Part shown: in pieces, positions 54,646-64,000 of the stretch
Position numbering within the stretch: the stretch's first letter is position 1
Layout: every line of letters begins with the position of its first letter
Source of the DNA: Octopus sinensis
Taxonomy: Eukaryota
NCBI RefSeq assembly: GCF_006345805.1
Contig: NC_042998.1
Span: forward strand, 41,974,001-42,038,000
Length of the DNA stretch: 64,000 nucleotides
Direction: 5' to 3'
The notes under the pieces: model-generated
Database searches by the model: none
What the model was told of the DNA's origin: nothing
Seen by the model: only the letters and a program-made list of their open reading frames with translations
Made by a program: the position numbers and the translations under genes

Positions 54646-56769
54646 CACACATACATACACATACATACACACATATACATACACACATACATACATACAC
54701 ACATACATACATACACTCATACATACATACACACACAAATATTTATTTATTTATTTAGTAAACTTCTACAGGAAAAACATTGACAGTTAACTTTAATGTT
54801 TTGGCTTAGACTATACACACACACATCACGTGAGAGACAGTGTGTCAGTTATTTAATATTTTGAAAATAGGATAAGTTCCAATTGATGCAGTATTTTCTG
54901 GCGAATAAAATGACAACAATCACTTACAAAAATATTAGTGTTCAATATGCACTCATATGGAAGTATGTAGAGTTTAGAATGTATGTGTATTTATGTTATA
55001 TTGAGTCTACCATTAGACTCATACTACAATTTCATACAAGAATCCAAGTAAATTTAAATTTGAGTTGATAATTGTTGATTTTTCCATGAGTGAAACAGCC
55101 ATTTGGATTAGTATTCAGCATTGCATACTCATAAGGATCTAATACTATATTTACTGTAAAAACACATGCACACACATGCGCGCGCACACGCACACATGCA
55201 TGCATGCAAGCACACACACACTCACTCTCTCTTTCTCTCTCTCATTCTCTCTCCCTCTCTCTCTCTCACACATAACACATGCGTAAATGTTATATAATGA
55301 TTTCTAACATAGGCACAATGCTACAAATTTTTATGGATGGGATTTGTTAATTAGATCAACTCCAGTACATCACTGAATGAAAGCATGAAATGCAGAATCA
55401 ATATTGGCAATATTTGAAATCAGAACATAACTAAATACTGCAAAGGTTTTTTCTCTACTAGTTCTGCCATCCACAAAAGATAAACACAGTCAACTATCCT
55501 TCCTTAGTTTGATACTTGCAATGAGAAATAACCCCTTGAAACAAATGATCAGTTTGTGGGTGATCTATTCTGCTACCTTCTGGAGATAAAGTATGAGAAA
55601 TAGAGATGTTTCTGATTGCTTGAGGCACTAGTAATAAAGTTGATGAATTAGCAACAATCAGAACATAACACAGACAACTTTTATGCGCAGTTGCATCAAA
55701 TTATTAGCAAAACCTTCCTTCTTCCATTTCATTGCTGTTATCCCCTCCCCCACCTCACCAGATCATGTGTATAACCTTTATGGAATAACCTTCCTGATCC
55801 TCCTTTGCTATAGCTATAGTCACACCCTTCCTCACGATTGGGAGCACAACCCTTCATTCTCAGTAGCCTTGGGTTGCCAATCTGAGTACCTCAAGTAGGT
55901 AAAGTCCTCTGTTCACCCTGCTTATGTCATGGAAAAATGAAGCTTAATAGTTATAATGAAAGCAACCATCTAGAAAGTTGATTCCTTCAAACAAATCCTA
56001 TATTATTCAAAATTATACAAAGGAGAGGATGACTCTACAAATTGAAATAAAGACAACCTTTCTAGGATTGCAGCAACTCTAAATAAAAACTGAGACAGTA
56101 TTGAAAGGACACTTTAATACTGGTAGACTATCTCTGTCACACTGGTGATATCTTAAATTGCATTCAGTCCCTACTGTAAAGTGGTTGGCGATAGAAAAAA
56201 AGTTAGGTGGCTGGGTGATAAAATCTGAACACATGAAAATCCCTCAAATGATCACACTATCTTCCTTTTAGGCATAGGATAATGATATTAAATAATCTAC
56301 CCACCAGTGGAAACTTCTTTACTTATTATCAAGTACAAATCAATGCTGGCACTCTGAAAGGTAAATTTGGAGAGATTGTTGTGATTTTGGAGCACTGATG
56401 AATAGATGTGTAGTGTATACAAGTGTTAAGGTGGAGGGGCGCCTCAGTCAGACTCTTCACAAATGAGGAAAACAAGTATAAATTCTTAAGCAGAGAATTG
56501 GAGGACATATTCAAAACATAGAAGCAGGCCTTGAATCAAGAGGTCCAAAACTAAATCTGACAAGCACAAAAAAGCTTTAGTCATGTAGAAACAATACAAA
56601 ACTCTGTTGTTATATGGAAAGTGGCCTGCTCAATTTATAGAAAGGATGGAGATAGAAATTCTGTACTATGGATAGGATCTAAAGTAGGCAGTTATAGTAT
56701 GGGCAACTTCATATGGTTGTGCCAGTTTGCTGCCTTTGGGTAGCATAATATTGGTGAGCATGAACTGGG

Positions 56770-57060
56770 TATCAGAGGAATCAGAAGCAACGTGCAAGAT
56801 TAGAGATTGCACTGGTATGGACATGTGATGTTTATAAAATGTTACAGTTGTGTCAAGGAAGTGCCAAACAATCCAAGAGGGAAAATCTTACAGAAAGGAA
56901 AAATTATGAAGACAGGAGAAGGAATGGTGAAGATTGACTTCAGGAAGCTGAACCTTGCAAGGGAGATGACAAAAGATTATAACTCACAGTGACAAATTGT
57001 TAGTGAAGACCTATTCAACTAATGCAAGCTTGGTAAAAAAAATGGACATTAAAATGATAG
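56770..57060 (+). mobile_element. RTE-clade LINE ORF C-terminus and tail
   Basis: ORF 56807-56992 reads HWYGHVM...VKIDFRKLNLAREMTKD and is followed by ggacattaaaatgat. Confidence 0.75.
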
Positions 57061-57527
57061 TGGGGATGGAGTTAAACTGAATCTATATTACAGTCTAAGT
57101 GTAAAATAAATACACACACATACATATAGATATAGGGATGGAAGAGAGAGGGTGAGGATGTAAGCTAAAATAGGTTAGTTAACTTTATAAAATATGAATG
57201 ATACAAAGGAATTCAGGAGTTCTGTTCTGCAGATGCAGTGATATGCTTCTTTTTGAAAAGCTTATTATTTATACATGTATTGCTCTCACATGCATTTCAG
57301 TGGTTGCCTTTATACCATCCAGCCATGAAAATATAAACACCAATGTTAATAATTCCTAAAAATATCTGAATTTAGAGAGCTAGCTAATCAGCTGATATAC
57401 TTATACTGATAATTCCTTCTTAGTTTGCTTCAAATGTTGCAAGGCATTGCATATATTGGATTTTATTTGTTGTAAATCAAAGATTATTTATACAGTGAAC
57501 ATTTCTTCAGTTATGGAAATATGTTGG

Positions 57528-57554
<27 letters not shown>

Positions 57555-57558
<4 letters not shown>

Positions 57559-57820
57559 CACATGACTGATTAGACTATCAGATGTTATTACACATCACTG
57601 GTCACAATGCACTTTGCAACATTTTAGACTTTGAATGACGCCACCCTGGTGGCTAGGCAAGCAGGCCAACATTCCCCATTAATTGAAAGGGGGCCTGGAG
57701 CAACATGAAATGAAGTGTTTTGTTCAAGAACACAACACGCAGTCTGGTCTTGGAATCAAATTCATGATCTAGCGATTGTAAGTGCAACAGCCTAACCACT
57801 AAACCATATGCCTTCACAAG
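57555..57820 (-). mobile_element. tRNA-derived SINE (family A)
   Basis: On the - strand the head is ggcatatggtttagtggttaggctgttgcac...gaatttgattcc; the body matches 9575-9880. Confidence 0.75.
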
Positions 57821-58830
57821 ATATATCATCATCATCATCATCATCATTTGACATCCATTCTCAGCATATATCTTTCAAATAAATAAAGACTTATATTATG
57901 ACCATCAAGACCATCACTGCTTCAAATGACTCCATCCTGTGACAGCAGTAACTCCATAACCAGCATCTTGTGCTCTTATAATTTATATGATTGAAATATT
58001 CAAGGGTAAACTTCTTTCACATACATAAATGCACAATAGCAAGAATATGAGAATTATTAACACAGATGCATGTGTATCTATTTATTTTTCTCTTAACTTG
58101 CTAGGGATTTTTATTTATTTTGAATCCTTAAATATTAAAATCCCCAAAATGGAATTTAGAAAGTTGAGTTGATGCATGCTGTAAACATTCACTTATCTAT
58201 TATTATATATCATTCATCTGTGATTTAACAAAACCTCAAAGATACTGTGAATAAGATAAATTGCAATTCTCTGAAAAAAAAAAATATATAAAACATAAAT
58301 GTGTATTAAATGAAAGAGCACTGCTTACACTTTTCAAACCAAAACAACATATTATTTTTTTCTCCCCTTAAAAATATGAGATTAAATTACCCGTAGTTTC
58401 ATTCATATCTTCCAGAAAATTTCTTATATCTTTGATCATGAAATTTTTGGAATAAGAAATTTTTGAACACACAGTGAACTTCTGCATTTTTCTTTTTTTT
58501 TTTCTAGTTTGTTCACTCAGATTTCTAAAGACTTATACCACACTATTTATTTATAAATATTATGCCTTACACACACACACTTTTAGAATCTGTTTTTCTT
58601 TTTATTATAAATTTATGTTCTCTCCCTGTCATATCTGTCATATATATAAATATACAAACACAAGAAATCTATGTGCTCAGAATTTGGAGTCTTATAATTT
58701 TGGTATTACTTTACATTTATTTATAATATTACTATAACATTCTCTGAGAGTATACTTTGATAGCTTCTTCTTCTCCTCCTCCTCCTCCTCCTCCTTCTTT
58801 TTTCTTTTTACCTTGCCCTCTCACTATGTT

Positions 58831-58883
58831 ACATTACTGAGAAGGGTTTTGGATGTCAATACTTGAAAACCGCTTTCAGTGTA
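58831..58883 (+). other. Decayed hammerhead-like motif
   Basis: acatta CTGA-GA AGGG...CTT GAAA ACCGCTT TC AGTG. One core base is missing, stem III is a near-palindrome, and CAUU/AGUG could form stem I; it follows a pyrimidine-rich tract like the one in the 44660-45490 element. Confidence 0.3.
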
Positions 58884-59582
58884 TACATGATCTGGTAGAA
58901 ACTTTGTACGATCACACTGCTATATTTTGTGTAAAAGAAAACCTTTCTCAAGTTTCTATATAACAACTATAATTTTTCCACTTTTTGAAACATTCTGATG
59001 GAATTTCGAAGAGCTATTTATTTCTCTTTATTCAATAATGAAATATTTAGCTATCTTTGAAATTCAGAAAATTCCATAACAGATCAAGACATTTTCTTTT
59101 CCTCATGACACCAATCCACTCATTACAAGCAATCATTTCTATTACAGGTATTCATTTTTACACTCCTATATTGTCAGCTTGAACAATCTTTCCAATGTTC
59201 ATATTAACTTAGTCATCAGTTTTAAAAGTACTTTTAAATTTTTTTTTACTGGAGTTATGATACAGTATTTAGATTTATTGATTAGTGGTATTTATTTTAC
59301 CAACCCAGTAGAGATAAAAGACATATATTTAAATTTTGTGAAATTTGAACTCAGAGTAAAAAAATGGATCAATGACCTGAATACTAACTGCACTGACTCA
59401 ATACAAAGTTCAGAGAAACCGTAGTGTCTTTTGTGCTTTGGTTCATCGTCAGAATATTTTTTATTATGGCTCACCCCTTGTCTTTTTTATAGATCTTTGT
59501 ATAAACCTGCCATTTGTATGGCCACTTGCATGCACTCTCACAAACACACTAACACATAGACATCACACACATACACACTGTA

Positions 59583-59686
59583 CATGCTGTGGCACCTTGG
59601 GCAAGTGTTTTCTACTCTGACCTCAGGCCAACCAAAGCCTTGTGAATGGATTTGGTAGACAGAAACTCAAAGAAGCACATTGTGTA

Positions 59687-59729
<43 letters not shown>

Positions 59730-59895
59730 TGTGTGTGTATCATCATCATGTCTCTGTATCTATGTTTGTCACCATCCCCCATCGCTTGACAACCGATGTT
59801 GGTGTATTTATGTCCCCATAACTTAGCAGTTTAGCTAAAGAGACTGATAAAATAAGTACTAGACTTACAAAGAATAAGTCCTGGGGTCAGTTTGA
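59583..59895 (+). mobile_element. Family D SINE, 5'-truncated, with internal (TG)n
   Basis: gtggcaccttgggcaagtg...caaagccttgtgaatggatttggtagacagaaact...(tg)n...ttatgtccccataacttagc...gaataagtcctggggtc. Confidence 0.75.
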
Positions 59896-60469
59896 ATACA
59901 TGGTTTAGATACGATTATTTCATAAACTAGAATTATGGGTCCCAAATAGCAGTGGATACTGCTTCATGCTGTATTAGAATTGTTTTTGATGATAGTATTA
60001 TCCATATTTGTTGTTACTGATGGTTTGTTATTTGAAGTTATTTGCAACACAAATAAACAACAATGTCATTAGGGATCATCAAGGCCTGCATATCCATGCA
60101 TGTTGTTACTTGTATCTTTTCATATACCATGGCACCAGCCTATTATATATAATATTTATATAATACTAGGCATAATATATAATATAATATCAGCAACTAA
60201 CAGTTGTTACTAATGCACAGAAACAATTTGTTGTGATTTGTGCTTAAAACCTATTCATTCCATCTTCTCCTTTCATAAACCCTTTTATATGAATTCTATG
60301 TACACTGATGGATTTCTATGTGTATATATATCCAGTAAAAGGAGTATTTCTGTTGCATGATGACATATGGTAGCCAATAACGGTAGAGGATCTTTGAAAT
60401 GTACATTGTAAGATTATTACCCAGATGATATTAAATACATACATATATATATTTATATATATATATATA

Positions 60470-60712
60470 CATCATCATCATCATCGTTTAGCGTCCGCTT
60501 TCCATGCTAGCATGGGTTGGATGGTTCAACTGGGGTCTGGGAAGCCAGAAGGCTGCACCAGGCCCAGTCTGATCTGGTAATGTTTCTACGGCTGGATGCC
60601 CTTCCTAATGCCAACCACTCCGTGAGTGTAGTGGGTGCTTTTACGTGCCACAGGTGCCAGACGAGGCTGGCAAACAGCCACGATTGGATGGTGGTTTTTA
60701 CATGCCACCGGC
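60470..60712 (-). mobile_element. Young family C element inserted in an AT microsatellite
   Basis: Reverse complement of 21260-21507: catcatcatcgtttagcgtccgctttccatgctagcatggg...ggatgcccttcctaatgccaacc. Confidence 0.85.
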
Positions 60713-61010
60713 ACATATATATATGATATATATTTCATGATAGTTGGAGCATCTTAATAACAGGGTAATCTGTATAGAACTGCTGAATGTTGAACTAATT
60801 GTAAATTAGTTATAGTATAGGTAGAGTTAGTGCAAAGACATTAATCAATTCTCAGAAATAGTACTTACAAAATTTTGCTTCTTCATTATTGTTATGCTTA
60901 AAGAGTAACCTCCTTTCTTGGAGTGACCTCAACTTTCTGTTGACATGGTTTTAACTCTGGGCTTAAGAATTTGTAGCTTTAATGTAATATTGGCATAAGT
61001 TCTCTGATGA

Positions 61011-61334
61011 AGACACACGGCTTAGTGGTTAGGGTATTCAACTCATGACTGTAAGGTCATGAGTTTGATTCCCGGTGGCATGTTGTGTCCTTGAGCATAA
61101 CATTTTATTCCCCCATTCCTCCAGTTCACTCAGGTGGCAAAAATGAGTAGCACCTGTATTTTAAAGGGGAAGCCTTGTCATGTTCTGTGCCACACTGAAT
61201 ATCTCTTAGAACTATGTTAAGGATATGTATGTCTGTGGAGTGTTCAGCCACTTGTGCATTAATTTCCTGAGCAGGCTGTTCTGTTGATCAGATCACATGG
61301 AACCTTCGTTGTCATAACCGACGGTGTGCCAGTA
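61011..61334 (+). mobile_element. Family A SINE with a 16-bp TSD (1 mismatch)
   Basis: ataagttctctgatga (60995-61010) and ataagttctctcatga (61335-61350); A and B boxes at the head. Confidence 0.9.
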
Positions 61335-61555
61335 ATAAGTTCTCTCATGATTATGTCTTTGTACAATAGTTCTGTCCATGAAACAATATATATTTTTTGT
61401 AATCTTTATTCTTATTGTGAAAGAATTTTTCTTCTCTGTTAAACTTATATAACATATACCCAATATTTAAGCATTTTGGTTGGACAAGCATCCTGCCAAT
61501 CATAAGTGATCATCTTACATTACAGGGAAAGTGCTAACTACTAATTAAAAATATC

Positions 61556-61768
61556 CTTTTCTACTCTGGGCACAAGGCCCAAAATTCTTGGGGAGGGTGC
61601 CAGTCAATTAGATCAACCCCAGTATGCAACTGGTACTTAATTTATCGATCCCAAAAAGATGAAAGGCAAAGTCAACCTCAGCGGAATTTGAACTCAGAAC
61701 ATAAAGACAAATGAAATACCGCTAAGCATTTCGCTTGGCATGCTAATGTTTCTGCCAGCTTGTTGCCT
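61556..61768 (-). mobile_element. Family B SINE with a 17-bp TSD
   Basis: tactaattaaaaatatc at 61539-61555 and 61769-61785; the body is the reverse complement of 46933-47163. Confidence 0.9.
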
Positions 61769-61964
61769 TACTAATTAAAAATATCATTAGTATAATGAAT
61801 ACTTGAACAGATCAAACAAAATGAATTATCAAAGATATATGAATAGGAATTTATAAGTCAATTATATTTAAAAGTGTGTTATAGATTATACAATTACATT
61901 TCTATTCATATGAAATTTAACCCATTAGCATTTAGATTACTTTGTCAAATGAAATGCTTATTTA

Positions 61965-62235
61965 TTGCTATGCTGGTGCCACATAAAAAACACCCATGCT
62001 TGTTCTGTGTACAAAGCACCTGTGCTGGTTCCATGTAAGAAGCACCCATACTGGTGCCACATAAAAAGCACCCAGTACATTCTATAAAGTGGTTGGGATT
62101 AGGAAGGGCATCCAGCTGTAGAAACAATGCCAAAATGGACAACTGGAGCCTGGTGCAGCTTCCCATCTTTTCAGCTCCTGTCAAAGCAACCAACCTGTGC
62201 CAGCATGGAAAAACGGATGTTAAATGATGATGATA
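61965..62235 (+). mobile_element. Family C element with internal tandem units and a (GAT)n tail
   Basis: ctggtgccacataaaa units, then gtggttgggattaggaagggcatccagctgtagaaac...ggatgttaaatgatgatg. Confidence 0.8.
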
Positions 62236-63494
62236 ATAATGATTGTTTTGAATTAATCATCCATTATCTTGTAGCTTTGAGCTTTTATTGAACTATTTAT
62301 TTTTAGAATGACATTGTAGGGTAGGTACAGGAAGCCAGATATGGTCCATTTGAAAGTTAAACAAGTAGAATATTTGGGCTCGGTATGGCTGGTTTAAATG
62401 CTAAAGGCTTAAAATATTGCATTCTTGAAATATTGTTGTACAGAATCCTACATTTTTTGATTTCTTGTAGAGCTAGCATACTGTTTTTCAACTCCCTGAT
62501 ATGAGAATATCTAATTGTAGGAAGACTTTCACTATAAATTTTTATCATAGGCAAACATCATATAAATTAGAAAATAGTTGAATATATAACAATAGTGGTA
62601 ATCTGCCCCCCCCCCAAAAAAAAACAACAACAACAACAACAACAAAACCCCTAATGTTAATGTCAGATACATAAGGCTATTTGGAGATTTAGCTAAGTAA
62701 ATCTGCTACAGAGTCAGTGAAGGTATTCTGAGGACTACTACTGCAGGAAGATGTATCAGCAGGGATTATAATTACCAAATAATAATACAAAAAGCAAGCT
62801 GGAATCTTTTAAACAGCTATGATTATAAAAGAATATTTTTTTTATTATAGAAAGTTAAAAGGCAACAGGGATGAAACACAAATGAATCCTAGATCAATTT
62901 TTAATTAAACTGAAAATAATCAAATATCATTAAGTTAAAAACAAAGTTTTAATATATTCTACATCACAAATACAGATATAATTCTTGGGAAATGTCTATG
63001 TATGAATATATGTATATGTGTGGCGGGGTCAGTGTGGTGGATGTATGAACTTATTTATAATTATATGTGTGTATATGGATATTGTAGCCTTCTTTTTTGA
63101 AATTAAATAATCCAGATTGTGCCTGTTAACTACTTATATTTTTTACACATGGTAGTTTTACTGGAAGCTGTATATTACTGCAGTAGAGACAAAGAATGAA
63201 AGCAAGTTGCTGCTCAGGGGGAGATAATCGTTTCTAAGCCTATCCTTCTTTTGTCTTCTATGGAGAAATTTTCTTTTTTTTTCAGAGTGAAAAGAGTGAG
63301 AAGAGCATACATCTTATTTCATATAATTTTTTTATTATTATTCTTTATTATTATTATAGTAGCCCTGTATGATATCGTTTCATCCTGTTTTGGAATGTTC
63401 AGCATGACATAACTTGAGATTTTCAAATTATATTTTACTTCTTTTTTGTATTTGGTTTGCAAGATTCTTTATGTGTATTTGTGTGTTGAAACAA

Positions 63495-63693
63495 ATTTTG
63501 TTGTGTCCGGGGAGAGAGCCAAACTGCCTTAATAACTAACACACTCACCAGTTCAATTTCCACTCTTATATTTTTTATTTTGTGTCTTCCAAAATTTTGG
63601 AAGACATAAGAAAAATAAGTAAATTAGTGGAAATTGAACTGGTGAGTGTGTTCGTTATTAAGGCAGTATGACTCTCCCCAGACACAACAAAAT
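63495..63693. repeat. Spacer-less imperfect palindrome of about 200 bp
   Basis: Outer arms attttgttgtgtccggggagag / ctctccccagacacaacaaaat match at 21/22. Middle 42-bp arms actgccttaataac.aacacactcaccagttcaatttccact have 1 mismatch. The centre is cttccaaaa|ttttggaag at 63594/63595. Confidence 0.92.
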
Positions 63694-63771
63694 CATTTTT
63701 TGTTTCCTCTCTAAAATATTGTGTCTGGAGAGTTTATCTCAAACTGGTAATTCTCTTGGTAATATAACCAG

Positions 63772-63816
63772 ACCAGAGATGTCTGAACCAGAGATGTCTG
63801 GACCAGAGATGTCCAG
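63772..63816. repeat. Three tandem 15-bp units
   Basis: accagagatgtctga, accagagatgtctgg, accagagatgtccag. Confidence 0.9.
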
Positions 63817-64000
63817 GTTGAAAGTAATATGCAATAAGTTGTTTAACTGATCTTTGTTGATGCTTGAATAATAATAATAGTAATAATAATAATAATAATA
63901 ATGATAATAATAATAATAATCCTTTCTACTATAGGCACAAGGCCTGGAATTTGTGGGGAGTGGGATAGTTAATTACATCGACCCCAGTACTTGACTGGTG

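Overview
AT-rich, microsatellite-dense eukaryotic DNA. The repeat content (tRNA-derived SINEs, RTE LINE remnants with (GAT)n tails, a Tc1/mariner remnant) points to an octopus or other coleoid cephalopod genome; this is inferred, not searched. Most of the window is intronic or intergenic, and most ORFs in the track are microsatellite or repeat artefacts. One convincing coding exon (+, 33071-33520) and a few weak small-exon candidates suggest a long-intron + strand gene that I cannot name. The most interesting signal is a set of hammerhead-ribozyme-like motifs in short Penelope-like or retrozyme-like repeats. A near-perfect 288-bp palindrome (11623-11910) carries two back-to-back copies of a type I hammerhead fold whose core reads GUGAACA instead of CUGANGA. 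This is a compensatory G3:C8 swap of the conserved C3-G8 pair, with an extra nucleotide after A9 and a self-complementary stem III. A second hammerhead with a canonical core (- strand, about 44723-44776) lies in a Penelope-like remnant inserted into the (TA)n tract of a SINE, and two decayed hammerhead-like motifs occur at about 58830 and 63380. Also noted: a recursive-splice-site-like CAG|GTGAGT (54064), a MITE-like inverted repeat, a second long palindrome and local duplications. All alignments and folds were done by eye, and boundaries of decayed repeats are approximate.
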